From: Dehalococcoidia bacterium
GTDB taxonomy: Bacteria > Chloroflexota > Dehalococcoidia > DSTF01 > JACRBR01
Reading direction: 5' to 3'
Assembly: GCA_035650575.1 (NCBI GenBank)
Contig: DASRHM010000114.1
Span: 2,265-66,264, forward strand
Length of the DNA: 64,000 bases
Positions within the stretch are counted from its first letter, which is position 1. Each line of letters starts with the position of its first letter. The notes under the pieces were generated by a model. The model was not told the DNA's origin. It was given only the letters and a program-made list of their open reading frames with translations, and did no database searches. Of this stretch, positions 10,220 through 19,721 are shown one piece after another. A program made the translations under genes and the position numbers.

Positions 10220-11248
10220 CTACCGCAGGCTCTGCAGGTAGGCGACGAGCGCCTTCATGCTGTCGTCGTCGAGCTGCGTCGGCGGCATGGCGTTGCCCGG
10301 TTTCGCGTCCTGCGGGTTGCGGACCCAGTTCGACAGGTTCTCGGCGTTGTTCTCGAGCGTGCCGGCGCCGATCCAGTCGCGGCTCGCGAGGTGCGTCAGG
10401 TCGGGGCCGACCGTGCCCGACGCGTTCGTGCCGCGCACCGCGTGGCAGTACACGCAGGCGGAGCCGAGGAGGATCTGCTGGCCCGCGAGGAGCTGCGGGT
10501 CGGTCGGCTGGAACGCCGGCTGCTGCTGCGCGGAGACCCACTGCTGGAACTGCGCGGGCTCATCGGCGATGACGTAGAACGCCATGTGCGCGTGCTCGAT
10601 GCCGCAGTACTCGGCGCACTGGCCGCGGTACGTCCCCGCGTCGTCGGCCTCCAGGTAGAGGCTGTGCGTCTGCCCGGGGATCAGGTCCATCTTGCCGCTG
10701 AGCTGCGGCACCCAGAAGCTGTGGATGACGTCGTCGGAGGTCAGCTTCAGCTCCACCTCCCGTCCGACCGGGACGTGGATCTCGTTCGCGGTGGTGAACT
10801 GGCCGTCCGGATAGTGGACTTCCCACCACCAGTCGTGCCCGGTCACGTCGATCGTCAGCGGGTCGCCAAGGCCGGTGTTCGTCTCGGCCATCACCACGAT
10901 CGTCCAGCCGAACACGACGATCAGCAGGACGAGCGGGATGGCGGCGCCGCTCGTGAGGACGAAGACCATGGCGCTGAGCGGGTGCTGGTCGAAGTGCGCG
11001 GGGCCGCGGCGGTGGTGGAACAGGGCGTACGCCAGGAAAGCGAGGACGGCGATGAAGACGAAGCAGGCGATGCCGAACATCAGCCACCAGAGCGTGGCGA
11101 TGCGGCCGGCGTCCGGGCCGTGCGCGTCGAGCATGCCCCGGCTGCAGCCGCCGAGCAGCGCCGCCGGCGCGGCGAGCGCGACGACGGCGGCCCAGCGCCT
11201 CAGCACGGAGGCGCGCGCCCGTGGTAGTGTTACGCGAGGATATGACAA
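10220..11248 (-). CDS. ctaC: Cytochrome c oxidase subunit II with C-terminal cytochrome c domain (caa3-type)
   Basis: CuA site CAEYCGIEHAHM plus heme-c motif CVYCHAV near the C-terminus; precise start uncertain (Met at 11248 or an internal Val). Confidence 0.8.
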   Translation of the reverse strand: MSYPRVTLPRARASVLRRWAAVVALAAPAALLGGCSRGMLDAHGPDAGRIATLWWLMFGIACFVFIAVLAFLAYALFHHRRGPAHFDQHPLSAMVFVLTSGAAIPLVLLIVVFGWTIVVMAETNTGLGDPLTIDVTGHDWWWEVHYPDGQFTTANEIHVPVGREVELKLTSDDVIHSFWVPQLSGKMDLIPGQTHSLYLEADDAGTYRGQCAEYCGIEHAHMAFYVIADEPAQFQQWVSAQQQPAFQPTDPQLLAGQQILLGSACVYCHAVRGTNASGTVGPDLTHLASRDWIGAGTLENNAENLSNWVRNPQDAKPGNAMPPTQLDDDSMKALVAYLQSLR

Positions 11249-11298
11249 GAGTTTCTTTCGGATCCGGCGGAGCGTTTTCGCCGACGTAGTTGTCCTGA

Positions 11299-11751
11299 GT
11301 GTGTATCGTGGTTCGAGAGTCCGGCACTACTCACGTGGGTGACGTCCCGCCCGCCGACTACCGGGCGCTCGCGCAGTTCCGCCGCCTGATCCGCAGCTAC
11401 CTGCGGTTCAGCGAAGGCGCGGCGCGCCGCGAAGGGCTCGAGCCGCAGCAGTACCAGTTGCTGCTCGCCGTCAAGGGCGCGCCCGAGAACCAGCCGACGA
11501 CGATCACCTATGTCTGCGAGACGCTGCAGATCCGCCATCACAGCGCCGTCGAGCTGGTCAACCGCACCGAGGCGCGCGGGCTCGTGCAGCGCGTGCGCGG
11601 GGTCGAAGACCGGCGCGTCGTCTTCGTCACGCTGACGGAGAAGGGCGATGACGTCCTGCGCAAGCTCGCGCTGCACCATCTCGCCGAGCTGCGCTCTGCG
11701 GGCGCGGAGCTCGTACGCGCGCTCGATGCGGTGATCAACCGCCGCACGTAG
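11299..11751 (+). CDS. MarR-family transcriptional regulator
   Basis: Winged-HTH region ITYVCETLQIRHHSAVELVNRTEARGLVQRVRGVEDRRVVFVTLTEKG; divergent from ctaC. Confidence 0.7.
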   Translation: MCIVVRESGTTHVGDVPPADYRALAQFRRLIRSYLRFSEGAARREGLEPQQYQLLLAVKGAPENQPTTITYVCETLQIRHHSAVELVNRTEARGLVQRVRGVEDRRVVFVTLTEKGDDVLRKLALHHLAELRSAGAELVRALDAVINRRT

Positions 11752-11898
11752 CTGCTACGAGAGGAACACGAAGCCGAGCGCGACGATGGCGGCGAGGCTG
11801 TACGTCCAGCGCATGGCGGCATTCTCGACGGATTTCGCCGCCGGTACGCGCCGACCGAGGGATACGAGGCGGCGACGGCACGGCCGGATACTGTCTCA

Positions 11899-12795
11899 AT
11901 GCGAGCGCGACGCACGATGCGGGGCGGGGCGCGGCCGCGCGGGGCGCCGCGACCGCGGGAAGAGCCTGCCGAGCCGCTGAACGCCGACCTCAGCGCGCGA
12001 GAGATCGAGGAGAGCGAGCGCCGCAGCGCACCGCGCGCCGTCGTCGTCCACGAGGCGATCAGCCGCGAGGGCGAGGACGAATTGCGGCGGCCGACGTCCG
12101 CGCTCGCCTGGTCGGGGCTCGCCGCCGGCCTCTCGATGGGCTTCTCGCTCGTGGGCGAAGGGCTGTTGCGCGCGCACCTGCCGGACGAGACGTGGCGGCC
12201 CGTGATCGCGAAGCTCGGCTACACGCTGGGCTTCCTGATCGTCGTGCTGGGGCGACAGCAGTTGTTCACGGAGAACACGCTGACGCCGATCCTGCCGCTG
12301 CTCGCGCGGCGCGACGGCCGGACGCTGCGCAACGTGCTGCGGCTGTGGGCCGTCGTGCTCGCGGCCAACCTGGCCGGCGCCGCGCTCTTCGCGTTCGTCG
12401 CCGCGCATACGGCGGTCTTCCGGCCGGACGTGAAGGAGGCGTTCTCGCAGATCGGCGCGGAGGCGGTGGACGGCGGCTTCGCGACGATCCTCCTGCGCGG
12501 GATCTTCGCGGGCTGGCTCATCGCGCTGATGGTCTGGCTGCTGCCGTTCGCGGAGTCGGGACGCGTCGGCACGATCATCGTGATCACCTTCTTCGTGGGG
12601 CTTGGCGGCTTCAGCCACGTCATCGCCGGCTCCGTCGAGGTGCTGTACCGCGTGACGAGCGGCGACGCGACGTGGTGGGACTACGCCGGGCGCTACCTGG
12701 CGCCGACGCTGCTCGGGAACGTCCTGGGCGGCGTGTCGCTGGTGGCGGCGCTGAACCATGCGCAGGTCGTCTCGGGCGGCGGCGAGGACGTGTGA
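11899..12795 (+). CDS. Formate/nitrite transporter (FNT) family channel
   Basis: LGFLIVVLGRQQLFTENT and GFSHVIAGS match the FNT signatures (LxxGxELFTGN / GxEHxIAN); 6-TM hydrophobic profile. Confidence 0.7.
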   Translation: MRARRTMRGGARPRGAPRPREEPAEPLNADLSAREIEESERRSAPRAVVVHEAISREGEDELRRPTSALAWSGLAAGLSMGFSLVGEGLLRAHLPDETWRPVIAKLGYTLGFLIVVLGRQQLFTENTLTPILPLLARRDGRTLRNVLRLWAVVLAANLAGAALFAFVAAHTAVFRPDVKEAFSQIGAEAVDGGFATILLRGIFAGWLIALMVWLLPFAESGRVGTIIVITFFVGLGGFSHVIAGSVEVLYRVTSGDATWWDYAGRYLAPTLLGNVLGGVSLVAALNHAQVVSGGGEDV

Positions 12796-13608
12796 TCAGC
12801 GCGCGTCCGGCCAGGACTCGCCGGCCGCGGCCATCTCGTATCGCAGCCGCCGACGCGCATCCTCCGTGTGCCCGTCGCAGAGGAGGGCGATGAGCCGGCG
12901 GAATTCGGCGCCGGTCGCGCGCAGGTCGTCAGCCACGCGGTCGATCCTGGCGCCGAGCACGCCTTCCTGGCGCAGCAACTCCGCCAGCGCGTCGCGCGTG
13001 GTCCGCGGGTCGAGCAGCGGTTCGTCCATCGAGTCCTCCGTTTCGTCGAGGCACAGCGTCACGCCGCAGCGGGCCGTCGTGTCGTGCCACTGCGTCATGG
13101 CGGCGCGCGCCCAGCCGCCGTACGGGACGAACGGCGGGATCGGGTCGCCGTCGCGCCGGACGTAACGCGCGTCCCAGAGGGGCACGCCCGCGGCGCCGGG
13201 AGCGCGCCAGTCCTCGGTCGCCGTGACCCACCAGCGGCGCGAGGTGTAGATGCCGGACGGCATGCTCGCGCAGGCGGCGAGCGCCTTCGCGACGAGGCCG
13301 CGGGTTTCGGCCGGCGGTGGCGTCGCCACGCCGGGGTAGTCCTCGCAGTCGACCCACAGCCGGCGCACGGGGAGGTCGCGCACGGCGGCGCGCGCGGCGG
13401 CGACGCGCCGATCGACGTCGCCGTCCCAGCGCAGGATGACGTACGCCTCGCACCGCATGCCGGCGGCAGTGGCGGCTGCCACCTGCGCGCGCGTGATCGC
13501 GGGGACCTGCGTGCCGCAGATCAGCAGCGCGATCCCCTCCGCGCGCAGGCAGCGCGCCTGATCGACGGCGATCTCGCCGGTCCAGTTCGAGACGTCGGCC
13601 GCCCGCAC
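12796..13608 (-). CDS. Glycoside hydrolase family 25-like (lysozyme/muramidase-like) protein with C-terminal extension
   Basis: N-terminal ADVSNWTGEIAVDQARCLRAEGIALLICGTQ resembles the GH25 DVSxWQG start; the remainder was not recognised. Confidence 0.5.
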   Translation of the reverse strand: MRAADVSNWTGEIAVDQARCLRAEGIALLICGTQVPAITRAQVAAATAAGMRCEAYVILRWDGDVDRRVAAARAAVRDLPVRRLWVDCEDYPGVATPPPAETRGLVAKALAACASMPSGIYTSRRWWVTATEDWRAPGAAGVPLWDARYVRRDGDPIPPFVPYGGWARAAMTQWHDTTARCGVTLCLDETEDSMDEPLLDPRTTRDALAELLRQEGVLGARIDRVADDLRATGAEFRRLIALLCDGHTEDARRRLRYEMAAAGESWPDAR

Positions 13609-13680
13609 GCGAGCAGCGTAAACCGCGTCATGCGCGATCTCTCAGCGGTACGCGTCACCGCCCTCGGGGACGAGGCCCCA

Positions 13681-14166
13681 TCATGTCGCGCGGACGAACG
13701 CGGCGCCGGTCGCGCGCAGCAGGTCATCGAGCGCCAGCTCCGGCTCGACGCCGCGTGCGCCGGCGCTCACGAAGATGCGCGCGAGCGAGCGGGCGTGCTC
13801 GTCGATGAGCATGGCGGCGACCGGGCGCTGCAGGCCAATGGCGGTGATGGCGCCGACGCGCATGCCGGTGAGGCGCTCCGCCTCGCGCTGGGACGCCATC
13901 CGCACGCGCTTCGCGCCGACGGCGGCCGCCAGCAGGCGCAGGTCGAGCTCGTGCGTCGCGGGCGTCATGACCACGAGCGGGCGCGCGGGCGCGTCGTCGC
14001 GCAATGCGATCAGCGTCTTGTACACGGCCTCGGCCGGCGCGCCGAGAATCGCCGCCGCCTCCTTCGCGCTGTGGAACGCGGCCTCCGGGTCGTACGCGAG
14101 CGCGCGATAGGCGATGCGGCGGGCGTCGAGCCAGCGCATCGCCTGGGTCTTGGCCGGGCCGGACAT
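13681..14166 (-). CDS. ybaK: YbaK/ProX-type aminoacyl-tRNA deacylase (Cys-tRNA(Pro) deacylase-like)
   Basis: TQAMRWLDARRIAYRALAYD...YKTLIALRDD...GMRVGAITAIGL is the YbaK-family pattern. Confidence 0.7.
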   Translation of the reverse strand: MSGPAKTQAMRWLDARRIAYRALAYDPEAAFHSAKEAAAILGAPAEAVYKTLIALRDDAPARPLVVMTPATHELDLRLLAAAVGAKRVRMASQREAERLTGMRVGAITAIGLQRPVAAMLIDEHARSLARIFVSAGARGVEPELALDDLLRATGAAFVRAT

Positions 14167-14300
14167 GGGCGCAGCGTAGCGGACGCGGGGCAGCAGCCGG
14201 AGCGATATGAACTTCGCCGCGCCGGACGCAGCGGCCGATAGGCCCGTGCAATTGCGCCGGATGGGAGAATGAACGGGGGCCCAACGAGGACTGCGCCTGC

Positions 14301-15374
14301 ATGGAGCGGCATCCGAATATCGAGACGGCGGGGTCGCGCGGCGCGAACGGGGCGCCGGCGCGGGAAGGAGCGGCCGTGACGAACGCCGCGACGAAAGCCC
14401 AGGCGGCGGTGACGAGCCATCTCGCGATGTACCGCGAGATGCTGCTCTCGCGCGAGCTCAGCGACCGGATGTTCGCGCTGCACCGGCAGGGGCGGGCGGC
14501 GTTCGCCGTCACGGGGCAGGGGCACGAAGCCGTGCAGGTGGCCGCCGCGCACGCCGTCAAGCGCGGGACCGACTGGCTGCTGCCGTACTACCGCGACGTG
14601 GCGCTGCTGGTCGCGCTCGGGATGACGCCGGAGCAGGTCCTGCTCGGGCTGTTCGCCAAGGCCGACGACCCGAACTCCGGCGGGCGGCAGATGCCGTGCC
14701 ACTGGTCGTGGCCGGAGATGCGCGTCGTGACGCGCTCGAGCGTCATCGCCGCGAATCTGCCGCATGCGGCGGGCATCGCCTACGCGGCGAAGCTGCGCGG
14801 GCTGAAGGAAGTGGCCGTCGTGCTCTTCGGCGAGGGCGCGACGAGCGAAGGCGACTTCCACGAGTCGGTCAACTTCGCGGCGATCCACCGGCTGCCGGTC
14901 GTCTTCCTCTGCGAGAACAACGGCTACGCGATCTCCGAGTCACAGGAGAAGCAGATGGCCGTGAAGCACGTCGCCGACCGCGCGAAAGCGTACGGCATCT
15001 CCGGCCAGACGGTCGACGGCAACGACCTAGTGGCGGTACACCAGGCGATCGCGTGGGGCGTCGGCGAGTGCCGGCGCGGGCGCGGCCCGAAGCTCATCGA
15101 GGCGAAGACGTACCGCTTCTCGCCGCACACGTCGTCCGACGACGACCGGCGGTACCGGCCGCGCGCGGAGGTCGAGGAATGGGCGAAGCGCGACCCGATC
15201 GACCGCTTCCGCGCGCGCCTGCTCGAAGAGGGCGCCCTGACGGCCGAGCAGGACCGCGCCTGGCGCGACGAGGTGAAGCGCGAGGTCGAGGCGGCCGTGC
15301 GCAGGGCGGAGGCGGCGCCGGACCCGGCGCCCGAGTCGGCGCTCCTGCACGTGTTCGCGGAGGACGGGCGATGA
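14301..15374 (+). CDS. 2-oxoacid dehydrogenase E1 component alpha subunit (TPP-dependent; PDH/BCKDH/acetoin-type)
   Basis: TPP-binding GEGATSEGDFHESVNFAAIHRLPVVFLCENNGYAIS; the stop overlaps the E1beta start. Confidence 0.85.
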   Translation: MERHPNIETAGSRGANGAPAREGAAVTNAATKAQAAVTSHLAMYREMLLSRELSDRMFALHRQGRAAFAVTGQGHEAVQVAAAHAVKRGTDWLLPYYRDVALLVALGMTPEQVLLGLFAKADDPNSGGRQMPCHWSWPEMRVVTRSSVIAANLPHAAGIAYAAKLRGLKEVAVVLFGEGATSEGDFHESVNFAAIHRLPVVFLCENNGYAISESQEKQMAVKHVADRAKAYGISGQTVDGNDLVAVHQAIAWGVGECRRGRGPKLIEAKTYRFSPHTSSDDDRRYRPRAEVEEWAKRDPIDRFRARLLEEGALTAEQDRAWRDEVKREVEAAVRRAEAAPDPAPESALLHVFAEDGR

Positions 15375-16351
15375 CCGCGCGCACGTATATCGAGGCGGTG
15401 CACGACGCGATGTGGGAGGAGATGGAGCGCTGCGACACGGTCGTCGTGCTCGGCGAGGACATCCAGGAGGGCGGCGTGTTCCGGGCGACCGACGGCATGC
15501 TCGCGCGCTTCGGCCCGCAGCGCGTGCTCGACACGCCGCTCGCCGAGTCGAGCATCGTCGGCATCGCGATCGGCATGGCGCAGAACGGCGTGCTGCCCGT
15601 CGCGGAGATCCAGTTCGCGGACTTCGCCTATCCGGCGTTCAACCAGCTGATCAGCGAGGCGGCGAAGTGGCGCTACCGCTCGAACGGCGCGCAGGCGTGC
15701 CCGATCGTCGTGCGGATGCCGTACGGCGCGGGGATCCGTGGCGGCATGTACCACTCGCAGTCGATCGAGGCGCTGCTGGCGCATGTGCCGGGTCTCAAGG
15801 TCGTCGCGCCTTCGACCCCGTACGACGCGAAGGGGCTGCTCAAGGCGGCGGTGCGCGACCCCGACCCCGTGATCTACTTCGAGCACAAGAAGGCGTACCG
15901 CATGCTGAAGGACGACCTTCCGGCGGACGACTACGTCGTGCCGATCGGGCCCGCCGAGCTGCGGCGCGAGGGCGACGACGTGACGGTGATCAGCTACGGG
16001 CTGATGGCGCATGAGTGCCTGCAGGCGGCCGAGGCGCTCGCGGGCGAGGGCATCGAGACGACGGTGCTGGACCTGCGGACGCTGGCGCCGCTCGACCGCG
16101 AGGCGATCCTCGATGCCGCGCGGCGCACGGGCAAGGTGCTCATCGTGCACGAGGACAACCGCAGCGGCGGCATCGGCGCGGAGGTGGCGGCGACGATCGT
16201 CGAGGGCGCGTTCGACTACCTCGACGCGCCGGTGCGGCGGCTCACGGCGCCGGACGTGCCGGCGGGGCCGTTCAGCGGCGTGCTCGAAGACTGGTGCCTG
16301 CCATCGCGCGAGACGATCGCGGCGGCCCTGCGCGAGCTGGCGGCGTACTGA
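15371..16351 (+). CDS. 2-oxoacid dehydrogenase E1 component beta subunit
   Basis: MTARTYIEAVHDAMWEEM...VVLGEDI...IAIGMAQNG...VVRMPYGAG transketolase-like beta subunit. ATG at 15371 overlaps the alpha-subunit stop (ATGA); the long ORF from 14696 is an upstream over-extension. Confidence 0.9.
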   Translation: MTARTYIEAVHDAMWEEMERCDTVVVLGEDIQEGGVFRATDGMLARFGPQRVLDTPLAESSIVGIAIGMAQNGVLPVAEIQFADFAYPAFNQLISEAAKWRYRSNGAQACPIVVRMPYGAGIRGGMYHSQSIEALLAHVPGLKVVAPSTPYDAKGLLKAAVRDPDPVIYFEHKKAYRMLKDDLPADDYVVPIGPAELRREGDDVTVISYGLMAHECLQAAEALAGEGIETTVLDLRTLAPLDREAILDAARRTGKVLIVHEDNRSGGIGAEVAATIVEGAFDYLDAPVRRLTAPDVPAGPFSGVLEDWCLPSRETIAAALRELAAY

Positions 16352-16355
16352 GGGG

Positions 16356-17648
16356 ATGGCGATGGCGCAGCTCGTGATGCCGAACGTGGGCGAGGGCGTG
16401 ACCGAAGGGACCCTGACGCGCTGGCTGAAGCGCGAGGGCGAGCGCGTCGAGCAGGACGAGCCGGTCGTCGAGATCGAGACGGACAAGGCGGTGGCGGAGA
16501 TCCCGTCGCCGTTCGCGGGCACGCTGGCGCGCGTGCTCGTGCAGGAGGGCGAGACGGTGCCGATCGGCACGCCGCTCGCCGACTTCGAGACGGCTGACGA
16601 GCCGGCGGGCGCGGCGGCGCGCGCCGAAGCGCAGCCCGCAGCGAAGCGCGCGGCGGGGACCGCCTCCGGTACCCGGCCGGGCGGTGCCGTCGCGGGCTCG
16701 GACGGGCACGACGACCGCTGGCAATTCCGGCGCACGCGGCGCTACTCGCCGGTCGTGCTGAAGCTCGCGGCCGAGCACGACATCGACCTGGAGCTGGTGC
16801 AGGGCACGGGGATCGAGGGCCGCGTGACGCGGCAGGACGTGCTGCGCTACATCGCGAACCCGTCGCTGCACACCGTCGCGCCGCCGGCGGGCGCGGGGGT
16901 GGTCGGAACGTCGCCGCAGGAACGCGCGCGCGGGCAAGAGCGGGGCGCGGACGGCGAGCGCATCGCGCTGTCCGCGACGCGGCGCACGATCGCGCAGCGG
17001 ATGCTCGAATCGCATCGCACGATCCCGGCGGCGTGGATGGCCGTCGAGGCGGACGTGACCGGGCTCGTCGCGGTGCGCGAGCGGCTGAAGGACCGGTTTC
17101 GCGCGCAGGAGGGGGTCGCGCTCACGTACCTTCCGTTCTTCGTGCAGGCCGTCGCCGCCGCGGTGCGCGAGGTCCCCGAGTTGAATGCGACGTGGTCGGA
17201 CGACGGCATCGTCCGCCACCGCCGCTGCGACGCCGGGATCGCCGTGGCGACGGAGAGCGGGCTCGTCGTCCCGGTCGTGCGCGACGCTGGCGGGCGCTCG
17301 CTGGCCGGCATCGCGCGCGAGATCGATGCGCTCGCCTCGCGCGCCCGCGAGCGCAAGCTCACGGTCGAAGAGATGCATGGCGCGACGATCACGGTCGACA
17401 ACACGGGCGCGTTCGGGTCGATGCTCTCGCAGCCGATCGTGCCCGTCGGGCAGGTCGCGATCGTCACGCTCGAGGCGGTCCGGCGCGAGCTGCGCCCGAC
17501 GGACGACGGGGGCTTCGCGCCGCGCTCGGTCGTGAACCTTTGCCTGAGCTTCGACCATCGCGCCGTCGACGGCGCGGAGGCGGGGCGCTTCATGCACGCG
17601 CTGCGCGAGCGGCTGGAGGCGCTGGCGACGGAGCCGATCCTGGATTGA
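16356..17648 (+). CDS. Dihydrolipoamide acyltransferase E2 component (single lipoyl domain)
   Basis: Lipoyl motif VEIETDKAVAEIPSP, E3-binding SPVVLKLAAEHDIDL, and catalytic CLSFDHRAVDGAEAGRF (DHRxxDG). Confidence 0.9.
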   Translation: MAMAQLVMPNVGEGVTEGTLTRWLKREGERVEQDEPVVEIETDKAVAEIPSPFAGTLARVLVQEGETVPIGTPLADFETADEPAGAAARAEAQPAAKRAAGTASGTRPGGAVAGSDGHDDRWQFRRTRRYSPVVLKLAAEHDIDLELVQGTGIEGRVTRQDVLRYIANPSLHTVAPPAGAGVVGTSPQERARGQERGADGERIALSATRRTIAQRMLESHRTIPAAWMAVEADVTGLVAVRERLKDRFRAQEGVALTYLPFFVQAVAAAVREVPELNATWSDDGIVRHRRCDAGIAVATESGLVVPVVRDAGGRSLAGIAREIDALASRARERKLTVEEMHGATITVDNTGAFGSMLSQPIVPVGQVAIVTLEAVRRELRPTDDGGFAPRSVVNLCLSFDHRAVDGAEAGRFMHALRERLEALATEPILD

Positions 17649-17747
17649 GCCGCGTCCACCCCTGGTCAACGCGTGATGCCGCGCGTAGCCGCACGGGAGC
17701 GTGCCGGGGCCTGCGGAGCGAGCTGCGCGCCTGCCGTCCGCTCGCCG

Positions 17748-18308
17748 TCACTTCGTCGCGCGGAACTGCACGACGTAGGGATTCGGGTCCACCTGCACGT
17801 CGCTGAACCCGGCGGCGCTGAGCCGGCGGGCGAGCGTGTCGGGCGGCACCGGGACGCAGACGTCGTCCTCGTGCATCGCGCGGAAGTCGGGGGTGTCGAG
17901 GCTGTCGCAGCCGGCCAGCACCCCGCCCGGCCGCAGCACGCGCGCGACCTCGCGGAACAGCTCGTCCTGCTGCCCCGGCGTCGGCACGTGGTGCAGCATG
18001 ATGAACGACACGGCGGCGCTGAAGCGCCCGTCCTCGAACGGGAGGTCGGTGGCGTCGGCGCGCACGACGGTGACGTTCGTGCCCGCCATCCGCTGCGCCA
18101 GCGCGTCGGCAAGGTCAGGGTCGATCTCGACGGCGGTGAGCTGCGGCGCCATCGTGCGCAGCAGGTCGGTCGTGCGGCCCGGCCCGGGCCCGACCTCGAG
18201 CACATCGTCGCCGAGCGCCACGCCCTCGAGCGCGCCGGGGATGATGTAGCGGCGCAGGCTCTCGGCCCACTCGTCGCTCGAACAGAAGTCCAGGTGCTGC
18301 TTGTTCAT
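17748..18308 (-). CDS. Class I SAM-dependent methyltransferase
   Basis: Motif I VLEVGPGPGRTT; start at MNKQHLDF (18308) with a GGGAGA-like RBS upstream. Confidence 0.7.
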   Translation of the reverse strand: MNKQHLDFCSSDEWAESLRRYIIPGALEGVALGDDVLEVGPGPGRTTDLLRTMAPQLTAVEIDPDLADALAQRMAGTNVTVVRADATDLPFEDGRFSAAVSFIMLHHVPTPGQQDELFREVARVLRPGGVLAGCDSLDTPDFRAMHEDDVCVPVPPDTLARRLSAAGFSDVQVDPNPYVVQFRATK

Positions 18309-18369
18309 CGGCGCGTCTCCCGTCGATGCGTCATCCGCTATGCCCGGCGGCGATGATAGCGCAAGCGCA

Positions 18370-19716
18370 CTACGTCCCGCGCGCCAGGCGCGCCGCGAGG
18401 GCATCGCGCGCTCGCGCGAGCGCGGGGCTGATGCGCACGGCGTAGGGGTCGGGCGCGGGGTCGAGGCTGCGCAGCGCCTCGGGCAGCGCGGCGAGCTGGG
18501 CGCGGACTCGTCCGCGCGCGGCGTCGAGCGGAGACGGGTCGCCCGCGAGGCGGCGTCCGCGCGACATAACGTCGATCAGGAGCGGCTCGCCACCGGGCGA
18601 TTCGTCGGCGAGCGCGATGGTGTCGCCGGCCATGCGGCCGCCGTCATAGCGACGGAAGACCTGCTTTCTCCCCGGCAACGTCATCTTCTCGGGCGAGAGC
18701 TTGAGCGTCGGGCGCCCGTCGTACGCCACGAGCTTGTACGCGGAGTCGAGCGCCGGCGCATCGGGGGACACCACCGCTGCCGTGCCGACGCCGAACGCGT
18801 CGATCGGCGCGCCGGCCGCGAGCAGGCCGGCGATCTGGCGTTCATCGATGCCGCCGCTGGCAAAGATGCCCGTGTCGCGCAGGCCTGCCTCGTCGAGCAG
18901 GGCTCGCGCGCGCTTCGCGAGCGCGAGCAGGTCGCCGGAATCGAGCCGGACGCCGCGCGGGCGCGCGCCGGGCACCGCGCGGGCGGCGTCGATCGCGCGC
19001 ATGACGCCGCGCTCGGTGTCGTACGTGTCGACCAGCAGCACCGTGTCCGGGAAGCTGTTCAGGAACGCCGTGAACGCGGCGCGCTCGGATTCGTGCGCCT
19101 CGATATAGCTGTGCGCCATCGTCCCGGCGACGGGGATGCCGTAGCGTTCGCCCGCGCGCACGTTCGACGTGGCGTCGAAGCCGGCGAGATAGAGCGCGCG
19201 GGCGGCCTTCAGCGCGGCGTCGGTGCCGTGCGCGCGGCGCGAGCCGAAGTCGACGAGCGTCCGCCCCCGCGCGGCGATGACGGCGCGCGCGCCCTTCGAC
19301 GCGATCGTCGTCTGGAAGGTGAGCTGGTTCAGCAGGTACGTCTCGACGAGCTGCGCTTCGGCGATCGGCGCCACGACCTCGAGCAGCGGCTCGCCGCCGA
19401 AGACGACGGCGCCTTCGGGCACCGCGCGGACGTCGCCGCTGAAGCGCAGGGAGGCGAGATGGTCGATGAACCCGGCGGAGAACAGGCCCAGCCCGCGCAG
19501 GTACTCCAGCACCTCCGGCGTGAACCGCAGGCCTTCGAGGTACGCCACCGCGTCCTCCAGCCCGCAGGCGACGAGGAAGTTGCGCTGCGGCGGCAGGCTG
19601 CGCACGTAGAGGTCGAACACGGCCTCGCCGGCCATGCGCTCATCGAAGTACGCCTGCAGCATGGTCAGCTCGTACAGGTCGGTGAAGAGCGCGTCGGCCG
19701 GGGCGGCGTCGGGCAT
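18370..19716 (-). CDS. pncB: Nicotinate phosphoribosyltransferase
   Basis: LFTDLYELTMLQAYF..., TMAHSYIEAHE and GVRLDSGD signatures of NAPRTase. Confidence 0.85.
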   Translation of the reverse strand: MPDAAPADALFTDLYELTMLQAYFDERMAGEAVFDLYVRSLPPQRNFLVACGLEDAVAYLEGLRFTPEVLEYLRGLGLFSAGFIDHLASLRFSGDVRAVPEGAVVFGGEPLLEVVAPIAEAQLVETYLLNQLTFQTTIASKGARAVIAARGRTLVDFGSRRAHGTDAALKAARALYLAGFDATSNVRAGERYGIPVAGTMAHSYIEAHESERAAFTAFLNSFPDTVLLVDTYDTERGVMRAIDAARAVPGARPRGVRLDSGDLLALAKRARALLDEAGLRDTGIFASGGIDERQIAGLLAAGAPIDAFGVGTAAVVSPDAPALDSAYKLVAYDGRPTLKLSPEKMTLPGRKQVFRRYDGGRMAGDTIALADESPGGEPLLIDVMSRGRRLAGDPSPLDAARGRVRAQLAALPEALRSLDPAPDPYAVRISPALARARDALAARLARGT

Positions 19717-19721
19717 GCGGC

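Noticed and set aside
8551-10572. 673-aa plus-strand ORF antisense to ctaD
   Set aside because: Antisense to an unmistakable COX1 gene; E/D/R-rich composition artifact.
14696-15370. Upstream extension of the E1beta ORF
   Set aside because: The beta subunit has a canonical MTARTYIEAV start at 15371 that overlaps the alpha stop. The upstream part lies inside E1alpha in another frame.
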